From Thermoanaerobaculia bacterium (GTDB taxonomy: Bacteria > Acidobacteriota > Thermoanaerobaculia > UBA5066): DNA of 55,120 bases. The position numbers were made by a program, and so were the translations under genes. Numbering within the stretch: the stretch's first letter is position 1; every line of letters begins with the position of its first letter. Positions 13,307-22,316 of the stretch are shown one piece after another. The notes below the pieces were generated by a model. The model was given only the letters and a program-made list of their open reading frames with translations. It was not told the origin of the DNA and did not search any database. The DNA lies in contig DASVJU010000029.1 in assembly GCA_036385755.1 (NCBI GenBank), positions 1 to 55,120 on the forward strand, given 5' to 3'.

Positions 13307-14518
13307 ATGGACGGATACCGCGTCGTCGTGACGGGATTGGGAGCCGTGACCTCCCTCGGGAACGACCTCGCGTCGACCTGGGAGGGCCTCGTCTCGGGCC
13401 GCTCGGGCATCGGGCCGATCACGCTCTTCGACGCGTCTCTCTTCCGGACGCAGCTCGCCGCGGAGGTCAAGGAGCTGCCCACGGGCATCGACGCGCGCCT
13501 CCGGCGCCGGCTCTCGCGGACGGACGTCATCGGCCTGACGGCGGCGGCGGAGGCGCTTGCCGACGCCGGTCTCGACCTCGACCGCGAGGATCCGTCGCGC
13601 ATCGGCGTCGTCCTCGGCGGAGGCGTGTCGGGCCTCCTCGACAGCGAAAATTACTTCCGCGATCTTCTCGCCAGAGGGGCGCACCGCGCGCGGCCCACGA
13701 AAGTGCTCAACCATCCGCCGGATCAGACGACCGACCGCATCGCCCAGCGCTGGGGATTCCTCGGGCCGCGCTCGACGATCACGACGGCGTGCTCGTCTTC
13801 CGCCACGTCGCTCGGTTACGCCGCCGATCTCATCCGCCACGGCTTCTGCGACGTCGTCGTGACCGGAGGAGCCGACACGTTCGCCCGCCTCACGCACGGC
13901 GGCTTCAACGCGCTGCGCTCCGTCGACCCCGAGCCCTGTCGCCCGTTCGACCGGCGCCGCAAGGGGCTCACGATCGGCGAGGCGGCCGGACTCCTCATCT
14001 TCGAGGACGAGGCTCATGCGCGGCGGCGCGGCGCACGCCTTCGCGGCCGCTTCCTGGGCTACGGCGTGACGTCCGACGCGCACCACATGACGCAGCCCGA
14101 GCCCACCGGCGAGGCAGGGGCCCGCACGATCGAGGCTTGCCTTCGGGCTTCCGGCCTCAATCCCGAGGACGTCGACTACGTGAACGCGCACGGCACCGCC
14201 ACGCCGCAGAACGACTCGGCGGAGACCGCCGCCATCAAGAGAGCCCTCGGAAAGCGCGCGCGGGAGATCCCGCTTTCCTCGATCAAGTCGATGCTCGGCC
14301 ACTGTCTCTGCGCGGCGGGTGCCATCGAGGCCGTCGCGACCGTGCTTACGATCGAGACCGGGCTCATTCCTCCGACGATCCGCCTCGAGGAGCCCGATCC
14401 CGAGTGCGACCTCGACTGCGTGCCGCTCGTGGCCCGCGAGGCTCGCGTGAAGACCGCCCTCTCGAACTCGTTCGCGTTCGGGGGGAACTCGACGGTCGTG
14501 GCGTTCGGGTCCGCATGA
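13307..14518 (+). CDS. Beta-ketoacyl-ACP synthase II-like condensing enzyme (catalytic)
   Basis: 403 aa. The Cys-His-His triad contexts are present: TITTACSSSATSLGYA, YVNAHGTATPQND and SIKSMLGHCLCAAGAIE. Confidence 0.88.
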   Translation: MDGYRVVVTGLGAVTSLGNDLASTWEGLVSGRSGIGPITLFDASLFRTQLAAEVKELPTGIDARLRRRLSRTDVIGLTAAAEALADAGLDLDREDPSRIGVVLGGGVSGLLDSENYFRDLLARGAHRARPTKVLNHPPDQTTDRIAQRWGFLGPRSTITTACSSSATSLGYAADLIRHGFCDVVVTGGADTFARLTHGGFNALRSVDPEPCRPFDRRRKGLTIGEAAGLLIFEDEAHARRRGARLRGRFLGYGVTSDAHHMTQPEPTGEAGARTIEACLRASGLNPEDVDYVNAHGTATPQNDSAETAAIKRALGKRAREIPLSSIKSMLGHCLCAAGAIEAVATVLTIETGLIPPTIRLEEPDPECDLDCVPLVAREARVKTALSNSFAFGGNSTVVAFGSA

Positions 14519-15618
14519 AGGCGCCCGTGATCACGGGAGCGGCCGCGGTCACCGCGCTCGGCCGCACCCTCGCGGAGACCCGCGCCGCGCTCGCCGCCGG
14601 GCGCTCGGCCATCGCCCCCGTGGAAGAAGAAGGCGCGCCGAAGGCCGCCGACCGTTCGCCGGCCGCGCGCATCGGTTCCTTCACGACGGAACCGGAGCTC
14701 GCGAAGGGCAAGGCCCGCAGGCTCGACCGCGGCAGCCAATACGCCGTCGTCGCCGTCAGGCAGGTCTTAGCCGACGCTCTCTACGCGATCGCCGGACGCG
14801 AGGAGCGAACCGGAATCCTGCTCGGCACCGGATCGGCCGGCGTCGGCCCGCTGACCGAGTTCGAGCGCCAGATGGCCGTCGAGTCACCCGATGCCGCGTC
14901 GCCGTTCCTCTTCCCGAACACGGTCGCGAACGCGCCCGCCTCGCAGGCCGCGATCGAGGTGGGAGTCAAGGGTCCGAACGTGACGATCATTCAGAAGGAC
15001 CCCGCGGCGCTGAACGCGCTCTTCTACGGCCGGATGCTCCTCGCGGACGGCCGCGCCGACGCCCTTCTCGTGGGCGCGGCCGACGAGTGGAACCTCGTCT
15101 ATCACCGCGCGTACGAGAGCGTGCGCGCGACGCGCACCGCGAGGCGGCCCGGGTTCGTCCTCGGCGAGGGAGCGGCCGTCGTTCTCGTCGAGGACGAGGC
15201 TGCCGCCCGCGCGCGCGGCGCCCGGATCGACGCGCGGGTCGCGGGGCTCTCGTCCCGGGGAGCGGCCGTCTCCCCGCACAAGCGACGCGCCGACCCCGCA
15301 GTTCTCGCCGCGGCGATCCGGGATGCGCTCGCCGAGGCGCATCTCGCACCCGAGGGAATCGGCCTCATCCACCTCTCGCGGAATGGATCACCCTTCACGG
15401 ACGCCGCCGAGGACGCCGCGCTTGCCGACGTCTTCGGCACCCGACTCCCACGCACGGCGGCCGTCAAGGACGCGCTCGGTGAGAACCCCGCGATCGGCGC
15501 GATCCAGCTCGCCCTCGCCGCCGCCGAGTTGCGCGCGAATCCCGGAATCGGCGCCATCCTCCTCGACGCCTTCGGCGCCGGGGGCAACGTCCTGGCGGCG
15601 GTTCTCACGGCACCATGA
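14515..15618 (+). CDS. Ketosynthase-like protein lacking the Cys-His-His triad (chain-length-factor-like partner)
   Basis: ATG 14515 overlaps the fabF-like stop (ATGA). Thiolase-fold similarity runs along the whole length. The active-site Cys context reads GPNVTIIQKDPAALNA, and the two His contexts read LIHLSRNGSPFTD and AVKDALGENPAIGA. Confidence 0.75.
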   Translation: MKAPVITGAAAVTALGRTLAETRAALAAGRSAIAPVEEEGAPKAADRSPAARIGSFTTEPELAKGKARRLDRGSQYAVVAVRQVLADALYAIAGREERTGILLGTGSAGVGPLTEFERQMAVESPDAASPFLFPNTVANAPASQAAIEVGVKGPNVTIIQKDPAALNALFYGRMLLADGRADALLVGAADEWNLVYHRAYESVRATRTARRPGFVLGEGAAVVLVEDEAAARARGARIDARVAGLSSRGAAVSPHKRRADPAVLAAAIRDALAEAHLAPEGIGLIHLSRNGSPFTDAAEDAALADVFGTRLPRTAAVKDALGENPAIGAIQLALAAAELRANPGIGAILLDAFGAGGNVLAAVLTAP

Positions 15619-16082
15619 CGGCACGCACCTTCACGACCTCCTTCGAGGTGCGCTTCCCCGAAGTCGACTCCTACGGCGTCGTCTGGCACGGACACTACGT
15701 GCTGTACTTCGAAGTGGCGCGCAACGCGCTTTGCGCGGCATTCGGCCTCACGCCCGCCGAGGCCCTCGCGCATGGCTACAAGGTGCCCATCACGAAGGTC
15801 GAGATGAGCCTCAAGAGGCCCGCGAAGCTCGACGATCGGCTGGAGGTGTCGGCGGTCCTCGCGCCGGCCGAGACCGCGAAGCTCGTGATGACCTACGAAA
15901 TCCGGTGCCTGCCCGAAAAGACGCTGCTCGTGACGGGGTCGACCGAGCAGGTGATCCTGAGCCCCGCGGGCGAGCTCCTGCTCACGCTCCCTCTGCCCGT
16001 GAAGACGCTCGTGGCGCGCGTCCTCGCCTTCCAGCGCGGAGACGCGGAGCCGGATCCGTCGAAGATCCTCCCGCCGCGTTGA
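15615..16082 (+). CDS. Hotdog-fold acyl-CoA/acyl-ACP thioesterase (4HBT/YbgC-like)
   Basis: 155 aa. The start overlaps the previous stop (ATGA). The N-terminal FEVRFPEVDSYGVVWHGHYVLYFEVAR is typical of 4HBT-type thioesterases. Confidence 0.8.
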   Translation: MTARTFTTSFEVRFPEVDSYGVVWHGHYVLYFEVARNALCAAFGLTPAEALAHGYKVPITKVEMSLKRPAKLDDRLEVSAVLAPAETAKLVMTYEIRCLPEKTLLVTGSTEQVILSPAGELLLTLPLPVKTLVARVLAFQRGDAEPDPSKILPPR

Positions 16083-16108
16083 GCGGGCGCCCCGCCGGGC
16101 GCCCGCTC
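16081..16108. terminator. Perfect 12-bp GC hairpin between convergent genes (bidirectional terminator candidate)
   Basis: GAGCGGGCGCCC-cgcc-GGGCGCCCGCTC starts inside the thioesterase stop codon. No U-tract follows on either strand. Confidence 0.5.
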
Positions 16109-16119
16109 GCGCTCTCGAG

Positions 16120-16359
16120 TCAGTTGGCCGCGAGACAGGACTCCGCGCAGCCGCAACCGGGAACCTCGTTCGAGGTTTCTTCGGCGGCGCCCGGCGCCGC
16201 GGGAGCGCTCGTGAGCGACGAAGCCCGGGTCCCGGCGGCTGGCGGGTTCGCGCCGGCCCAGCCGAACGGGGTCGCCACGAGCATAAAGACGACGGTGAGC
16301 GCTGCGATCAGCCAAATGCGGTCGTGGCGGCGGTCCTGGGAGCTCAGGGTTTCGTTCAT
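16120..16359 (-). CDS. Small membrane-anchored peptide with a Cys-rich C-terminal tail
   Basis: 79 aa. A strong SD (GGAGGA) lies 4 nt before the ATG. One TM segment (IWLIAALTVVFMLVATPF), an Ala/Pro-rich linker, and the C-terminus EVPGCGCAESCLAAN. Confidence 0.6.
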   Translation of the reverse strand: MNETLSSQDRRHDRIWLIAALTVVFMLVATPFGWAGANPPAAGTRASSLTSAPAAPGAAEETSNEVPGCGCAESCLAAN

Positions 16360-16363
16360 CTTG

Positions 16364-16399
16364 TCCTCCTTCGGGTCTCTCGCGTTGAACCCGGGAGGA
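16364..16399 (-). promoter_or_regulatory. Leader hairpin that pairs with the Shine-Dalgarno of the 79-aa peptide gene
   Basis: On the mRNA, UCCUCC-CGGG (16399-16390) can pair with CCCG-AA-GGAGGA (16375-16364). That gives 10 bp with a 2-nt bulge and a 14-nt loop, and it sequesters the SD. Confidence 0.35.
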
Positions 16400-16469
16400 A
16401 GGTAGTTCCGGGAGCGGCGGGCCCGTCAGAGCATCACCATGCGTTTTTTCACGCCGTACGTGCGCCCTG

Positions 16470-17126
16470 TCACGAAATGAGGCCGAGACGCAACGCTTTC
16501 GAGACCGCCTCCGAGCTCGAATGGACGTGGAGCTTTTCGTAGACGCTCCGGACGTAGTTGCGAACGGTGTTCACGCTCACGACCATCCGGTCCGCAGCCG
16601 CCTGGTAGCCGTGCCCCTCGGAGAGGAGGCCGAGGAGTTTCGTCTCCTGCGCGGTCAGGTGGGAATCCTCTACCGGCGGGGGCGTCTTGCGGAAGAGATC
16701 CACGACCTTCCGGGCGATCTCGGGCGACATGGGCGATCCCCCGTCTTTCGCCTCGCGCAGGGCCTCGAGGAGCCGGGCCGGGGGCGTGTTCTTCAGGAGG
16801 TAGCCGCAGGCCCCGTTGCAGATGCTCTCGAAGATGCGCGCCCGCTCCGCGAGGACGGTGAGCATGAGAACTTCGACGGCCGGGTGTCTTTCGCGGACGA
16901 GACGGACACCCTCCGTTCCCGAAAGGCCGGGGAGCTGGATGTCCATGAGGAGGACGTCCGGCACGTCCGCCGGGAGCGCGGCGAGCGCATCCTCGACCGA
17001 GGGCCACGCCCCCACGCAGTGGAAGCCGGGGCTGCCGTCGATCAGGACCCGCAGACCCTCGCGGACGAGGTCGTCGTCCTCGACGAGGCCGACGAGCAGC
17101 GGCGCGGGGGCGCCGGTGGGCCACAT
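16470..17126 (-). CDS. NarL/LuxR-family response regulator (REC + LuxR HTH)
   Basis: Receiver motifs LLVGLVEDDDLVREGL and DVLLMDIQLPGLSG. C-terminal HTH: LTAQETKLLGLLSEGHGYQAAADRMVVSVNTVRNYVRSVYEKLHV. ATG 17126 overlaps the kinase stop (TGATG); the track start 17141 is the alternative. Confidence 0.88.
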   Translation of the reverse strand: MWPTGAPAPLLVGLVEDDDLVREGLRVLIDGSPGFHCVGAWPSVEDALAALPADVPDVLLMDIQLPGLSGTEGVRLVRERHPAVEVLMLTVLAERARIFESICNGACGYLLKNTPPARLLEALREAKDGGSPMSPEIARKVVDLFRKTPPPVEDSHLTAQETKLLGLLSEGHGYQAAADRMVVSVNTVRNYVRSVYEKLHVHSSSEAVSKALRLGLIS

Positions 17127-17854
17127 CAATCGCCCGACCATTTCACGGGGAGGACGAGGACGAGGCGCGTGCCCCTCCCGGGCTTCGACTCGACCACGAG
17201 ACTTCCACCCAGGCGCTTCGCCCGCACCTTCATGTTGAGGAGGCCGCGCCCCCGCCGGAGACTCGAGTCGAGGTCGCGGGCGGGCCCTGAGTCGAACCCG
17301 CGTCCGTCATCGGCCACCTCGAGCGTGACCGAGCCGCCGAGGAGGTCGAGCCGGAGCGCCGCGCTGCCGGCGCCGGAGTGCCGCGCAACGTTCGTGACCG
17401 CCTCCTTGAAGACGAGGAACAGCTCGCGCCGTGTCTCGGGCGCCAGCCTCGCCCCAGGCTCAGCTGGCGCGTCGAAGGTCCACGTGATCCCTTTCCCGTC
17501 GAGGACATCCGTCGCAAACGTCCGGATGCGCGCGACGACGTTGCGGAGGTCGTCCTGGCGGGGATCGATCGACCACACCGCGTCGCTCATCGAGCCGACC
17601 AGGGACCGCGCCGTCTCCGCGATCTCGGCGAGCAGCGCGTCCGCCTCCCCCGCCGGGATCTTCCGGCGCGCGACCTCGCTCAGGATCGAGATCCGCGACA
17701 GGCTCGAACCGATGTCGTCGTGCAGATCGGCCGCAATGCGGGCGCGCACGCGCTCGAGCGCGAGGACGCGGTCGCCGCGGACGCGCGCCGCGACGAAGGC
17801 GCCCGCCGCGAGGATCGCCGCGGCAACGGCGAGGAACCAGGCCGTTCCCGACAA
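17126..17854 (-). CDS. Minimal HisKA_3-type sensor histidine kinase (one N-terminal TM, no sensor domain)
   Basis: 242 aa with a TTG start. TM segment AWFLAVAAAILAAGAFVAA is followed directly by the H-box RIAADLHDDIGSSLS, then an HATPase region (VTNVARHSGA, DDGRGFD, GRGLLNM). Confidence 0.8.
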   Translation of the reverse strand: MSGTAWFLAVAAAILAAGAFVAARVRGDRVLALERVRARIAADLHDDIGSSLSRISILSEVARRKIPAGEADALLAEIAETARSLVGSMSDAVWSIDPRQDDLRNVVARIRTFATDVLDGKGITWTFDAPAEPGARLAPETRRELFLVFKEAVTNVARHSGAGSAALRLDLLGGSVTLEVADDGRGFDSGPARDLDSSLRRGRGLLNMKVRAKRLGGSLVVESKPGRGTRLVLVLPVKWSGD

Positions 17855-17878
17855 AGTGCGGGAATCGTACCGTGCCGG

Positions 17879-19255
17879 TCAGCCCTTCGGAAACGTCGCC
17901 ACGGCGCGTGTCGGTTCGCCGGGAGACGAGGAAAGCGCCAGCGTCCCGCCGTGCGCCCTCACGATGCGCTCGGCGATCGGAAGACCCAGGCCCGTTCCGG
18001 CGGGCTTCGTCGACACGAAGAGCTTGAAGAGGTCGGCCGTCTTCGCGGCCGGCACGCCGGGCCCGCGGTCGGCGACCGTGAGGCGCCAGAAGCTTCCGGC
18101 ATCTTCGACGCGCGCCTCCACTTCGCGCGCCGCGGCGCCCTCCGTTTCGACGGCGTCTAGCGCGTTGCCGACGAGATTGAGAACCACCTGGCGCACGCGT
18201 GCCGGGTCCAGTCGCGCGGGGGCGCCCCCCGGTTGCGGCGCGAACGTGAGCCGTATGTGGCGCCGCCCGGCCTCGGGCTGGAGGAACGCGACGGCCTCGC
18301 CGGCGGCGTCGTTCAGGTCGGCGGGAACGGGACTGAGAGGAGACGGGCGCGCGTACGAGAGGAAGTCCGTGAGGAGTCGCGCGAGACGGCTCGTCTCCAC
18401 GCGCGCGGCCTGCGCGAGATCCGAGGCCGACACGGCGCCAGCGCGGCTCGCGGCCGCGCCGCCGTGCGCGAGCTGCTCCTCGAGAAGCTCCAGATTCAGA
18501 CCCATGGCGTTCAATGGATTCCGGATCTCGTGCGCGAGCCCCGCGGCCACCTCGCCCAGCTCGGCGCGGCGCTCGGCCTCGACGCGGGCCGCCTCGACGC
18601 GCCGCGTGCGCTGATAGAGAAGGATGACGGCCGCGGAGGCCGCGAGGATGCCGAGGAAGGATACGACCGCCGCGGCGAACGTCCGAAGGTACAGCTCCCG
18701 GCGCAGCTTCTCGACCCGTTCGGCCAGGACGCGCCGCGAGACGCCGAAGCGCAGCACGGCGAAGTCTCCGACGTTGACTTCCATGTTGAACGGATCCTGC
18801 TCGGGGGCCTCGAGCGTGGAAATGCGGGCGTTCGTCCCGGGCTCCGCCGGCTTCACGTCGAGAACCTTCGGACCCTCGGCGCCGGGCTGGGCCTTGCGGT
18901 CGGGAACGGTGAGCGTGCCCCGATACGCGTAGAGGACTTCCTTTCTCGCGCTGTCGAGGACCTCGACTTCCGTCAGGATCTGCCGCTCGGAAAGCCCGGA
19001 GGTGACGAGCCGGTCGATCTCCGTCTGCTTGAGCTTCAGGACGTACGGGTCGCCCGCCGAGCGCTCCGCGATGCCACGCGCGAGACGCTCGGCGTCGAGC
19101 CTCGTGTGGAGGATCGCGTCGTTGACGACGTCCTTCGAGAGCGCCTTGAAGAGGAGGTGCCCGAAGAGGAGGACCGAGCCCGCCGTCAGGAGACCGAGGA
19201 TCACGAGGACGAGAGTGATCGAGCGCCGGAAGGAGGCGGCTTCGGGATCGGACAC
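17879..19255 (-). CDS. NtrB-like sensor histidine kinase (two TM, periplasmic loop, HisKA + HATPase_c)
   Basis: 458 aa with a GTG start. H-box LGEVAAGLAHEIRNPLNAM, N-box LVGNALDA, G-boxes DRGPGV and GTGLGLPIAERIV. Confidence 0.85.
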   Translation of the reverse strand: MSDPEAASFRRSITLVLVILGLLTAGSVLLFGHLLFKALSKDVVNDAILHTRLDAERLARGIAERSAGDPYVLKLKQTEIDRLVTSGLSERQILTEVEVLDSARKEVLYAYRGTLTVPDRKAQPGAEGPKVLDVKPAEPGTNARISTLEAPEQDPFNMEVNVGDFAVLRFGVSRRVLAERVEKLRRELYLRTFAAAVVSFLGILAASAAVILLYQRTRRVEAARVEAERRAELGEVAAGLAHEIRNPLNAMGLNLELLEEQLAHGGAAASRAGAVSASDLAQAARVETSRLARLLTDFLSYARPSPLSPVPADLNDAAGEAVAFLQPEAGRRHIRLTFAPQPGGAPARLDPARVRQVVLNLVGNALDAVETEGAAAREVEARVEDAGSFWRLTVADRGPGVPAAKTADLFKLFVSTKPAGTGLGLPIAERIVRAHGGTLALSSSPGEPTRAVATFPKG

Positions 19256-19284
19256 GGGAGCAGTGTAACGGCCCGGCCGCTCCT

Positions 19285-21174
19285 TCAGTCCTGCCGCTTG
19301 AGGTAGCGGAAGTCCTTGATGTCGTACTCCTTCATCTTCGCGATGAGGCTCCCGCGGGAAATGTTCAGGAGTCGCGCGCCGAGGGACTGGTTGCCGCGCA
19401 CCTTGCGCATGACGCGCTCGATGACCTGGCGCTCCACCTTTTCGACGATCTCCTTGAGGTCGTCGCTCTCCTTGAGCGCGAGCTCGACGTGCTCGCCCGA
19501 GAATTTCTGGTCGAGGTCCGCCAGGGTGATGGGCCCGGCGCCGACCTGCGCGGCCAGCCGGCGGACCTCGTTCTCGAGCTCGCGCACGTTGCCGGGATAC
19601 TGATAGTTCAGGAGAGCGTTCATCGCCTCGACGTCGAAGTGTTCCGCGACCGGGCCGCCGTGGCGCGCCGCGAGCGCGTCGAGGAGGGCCGGAAGGTCTT
19701 CCTTGCGGTCCTTGAGCGGGGGGATGCGCAGCGTGAGGGCTGAAATGCGGAAGTAGAGATCGTCGCGGAAGGCGCCGTCCTCGACCGCCCGCGTCAGGGG
19801 GCGGGAGGTCGTGCCGATGACGCGCACGTCGACCGGAACGGTACGTCCGCCCGGCGCCGTGACCTCGCGTGCTTCGAGGAGGCGAAACAGAAGCGCCTGG
19901 GTCGGCGCGGGCAGGTCGCCCACCTCTTCCACGAGAAGCGTGCCCCCGTCGGCTTCGAACAGGCGGCCCGCGCGACGACGGCGGTCGCTGGCCGCCGGAA
20001 CGCCGAGCAGATCCTCTTCGAGCGCCTGGGCGCTCGCCGCCGTGGCAGACACGCGAACCAGCGGCCGCCCGCGCCGCGGCGAAAGGGCGTGAAGTGTCTC
20101 GGCCACGAGCGTCTTTCCGCTGCCGACGTCACCCACCAGAAGGATGGGAGCCCGAGCCGACGCGACCCGCGACAATGAAGCCTTCAGGTTCGACAGCGGC
20201 AGGGAGCCGCCGACGAGCTGGGCGAGTGGATCATCCAGCGAGACACCGGAGGACGCGGGCGCGGACGAGACCCCGCGCTCGCCGAACGCCCCCTCGCTCC
20301 TTTCGCCGTGCACGAAACCGACGGCGGACGCGGCGTGGGCGATGAAGTCGAGGAGGACGGGATCGGCCACGGTCTCGGCCGGCACGAGGAGGAGGCCCAC
20401 CGGATCGCCGCCCGGCCGCGGCACCGGAAAGACCCGCAGGCGGTTGCCCGCTTCGAACGCCTCCCAGGACGAGGTCTTCCCGCGCGCCTCCGCGAGCGTC
20501 CGGGCCGACAGGCGCGGAAGAGTCCCCTTCCAGAGCGCGGCGATCGCCTCGCCTTCGTTTGGAGGAAGCAGCGAGACGAAAGCGAGACTGTGTACCGGCG
20601 TCGCGGACGCAATGTAGGCCGCGATCTCCTGGAGCAGATCCTCGAAGGGAACCGGCCGGTGGAGGCACTCGAAGAAACCGGACCAGGGGTCCGAAGCCGG
20701 ACGCTCCTCGGGGCGGAGGCCCGGGACCACGACGGGCCGCGCCGCGACCGCGACCGATGCAGAGGCCCCGGACGGAGCGGCAACGGGGCCGGGAGCAAGG
20801 GGCGCGAGCGCCGCCGCGGCGAGCGACAAGGCATCGCGCCCGCGAGGGGGCGGAGCCGCCATCCGGTGGGGGTTCGGCGCCGGGCCGTTCAGCAGCGTGA
20901 TCGTGGCTTCGCCGATGGTGATCCGGTCCCCCGCCGCGAGGGCGGCCGTCTTGACGATCGAGCCGTTCAGGGTGACGTCGGATCCTGGCGCGCTGCCGAG
21001 GACCTCGAGACGCAGCTCTTCGCCCGTCACCGAAATCCGCGCGTGCCGGCCGAGAACACCGCGAGCGCGCACAACGAGGTCATTTCCCGTCGAAGCGCCG
21101 ATGTGGATGACATCCCGATGGACCTTGCGGACTTCCGATTCGCCGCCGGTCTTGCGGACTTCAAAGCTCAACAT
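19285..21174 (-). CDS. FHA domain / AAA+ (sigma-54-activator-like) / Fis-type HTH transcriptional regulator
   Basis: I take ATG 21174 (MLSFEVRK...) as the start because GGAGGA lies 8 nt upstream; the track start is 21234. FHA-like N-terminus (IHIGASTGNDLVV...HARISV...LNGS). Walker A GDVGSGKT, Walker B GGTLLVEEVGDL, sensor region YPGNVRELENEV, and C-terminal HTH GNQSLGARLLNISRGSLIAKMKEY. No GAFTGA loop is present. Confidence 0.85.
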   Translation of the reverse strand: MLSFEVRKTGGESEVRKVHRDVIHIGASTGNDLVVRARGVLGRHARISVTGEELRLEVLGSAPGSDVTLNGSIVKTAALAAGDRITIGEATITLLNGPAPNPHRMAAPPPRGRDALSLAAAALAPLAPGPVAAPSGASASVAVAARPVVVPGLRPEERPASDPWSGFFECLHRPVPFEDLLQEIAAYIASATPVHSLAFVSLLPPNEGEAIAALWKGTLPRLSARTLAEARGKTSSWEAFEAGNRLRVFPVPRPGGDPVGLLLVPAETVADPVLLDFIAHAASAVGFVHGERSEGAFGERGVSSAPASSGVSLDDPLAQLVGGSLPLSNLKASLSRVASARAPILLVGDVGSGKTLVAETLHALSPRRGRPLVRVSATAASAQALEEDLLGVPAASDRRRRAGRLFEADGGTLLVEEVGDLPAPTQALLFRLLEAREVTAPGGRTVPVDVRVIGTTSRPLTRAVEDGAFRDDLYFRISALTLRIPPLKDRKEDLPALLDALAARHGGPVAEHFDVEAMNALLNYQYPGNVRELENEVRRLAAQVGAGPITLADLDQKFSGEHVELALKESDDLKEIVEKVERQVIERVMRKVRGNQSLGARLLNISRGSLIAKMKEYDIKDFRYLKRQD

Positions 21175-21329
21175 GGAACGGATCCTCCGCCGGTGGGAGA
21201 CAGATTCCTGAACGGACATGAGCCTATCACGCACGTCGCGGGCTGTCCGCCCGGCGTCACCACAAATTGAACGACGACGGGCCGCCTACCCGGGGCGCAT
21301 ACAATGAGAACGAGGGCTGAGCGCCACGC

Positions 21330-22316
21330 ATGCCGGTTTCCCCGCTCGACGGCCCCCCCTTCCGGGGGCGCCACACCACGACGCTGACGCGCATCGTCGG
21401 CAGCGTGCGTTCGGTCCTCGACCCGGACTCCGTGGAGATGGAGTATCTCTTCGAGCCTTCGGGGCAGCGCTTTCGATGGCGAGCGGTCCGCAGCCGTGTG
21501 TTCACGGCGGGCGCCGTGCGCCCGGCCCGGCGGCGGCCCGGGCCGGCGGAGGCCCTCGCTGTGGAGTTTCACGTGACCGGGCTCCTTCACGGGACGCTCA
21601 CGATGGTCCGCGGACCGCGCCGGCCCTGGACGGAGCCCGAGATCCTGCGCTTCGAGGTTCTCCGGCCGCTCCTCGCCCAGCTCCTCGAGAGCGCGGCCGC
21701 AGCGGAGATTCACGCCGCCGCGCGGCGCAGGCTCGAGAGTGCCGCAGAGGCCGCGTCCACGCCCATTCTCCTCATCACGCCATCGGGCTCCGTGCTCTAC
21801 GCGAACCGCGCCGCCGCAGCGCTCCTTTCGGCGCGCGCCCCGCTCGTCGTCCTCCCGGAAGACGGCCGCGAGACCTCGCTCGCGGCATGGATCTCGCGCC
21901 TCGGTGCGACGGCCGCCGCGGGCGAGAAGCTGCGCGCGACCCTCGCCGACGGCCGCGCGCTCGAGGCCTCGGTCGCACGCTTCGCCGACGACGAGCAGGA
22001 CGACGTGGCGGTTCTCACGCTGAGGGTCCAGTCCGCGCTCTCCCACGAGGACGTGAAGGAAAGGCTCGCGACGCGCGGCGTGTCGGGCCGCGAGGCCGAA
22101 GTCGTCGGCGCCGTGCTCGAGGGCCTTCGAAACGCCGAGATCGCGGGCCGCCTCTTCATCACGGAATGGACCGTGAAGGACCACCTCAAGCACGTCTTCT
22201 CGAAGCTCGGCGTGAGCTCGCGATCGGGCCTTCTGAAGGCTCTCGATGCGGCGCCCCGATCGGCCCCGAAACCCCATCCGGTGGAGTCCACGGGGAGGCG
22301 ACACCTCAAAATGTAG
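21330..22316 (+). CDS. LuxR-family transcriptional regulator with an N-terminal sensory (PAS/GAF-like) region
   Basis: 328 aa. C-terminal HTH: SGREAEVVGAVLEGLRNAEIAGRLFITEWTVKDHLKHVFSKLGV. Confidence 0.75.
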   Translation: MPVSPLDGPPFRGRHTTTLTRIVGSVRSVLDPDSVEMEYLFEPSGQRFRWRAVRSRVFTAGAVRPARRRPGPAEALAVEFHVTGLLHGTLTMVRGPRRPWTEPEILRFEVLRPLLAQLLESAAAAEIHAAARRRLESAAEAASTPILLITPSGSVLYANRAAAALLSARAPLVVLPEDGRETSLAAWISRLGATAAAGEKLRATLADGRALEASVARFADDEQDDVAVLTLRVQSALSHEDVKERLATRGVSGREAEVVGAVLEGLRNAEIAGRLFITEWTVKDHLKHVFSKLGVSSRSGLLKALDAAPRSAPKPHPVESTGRRHLKM

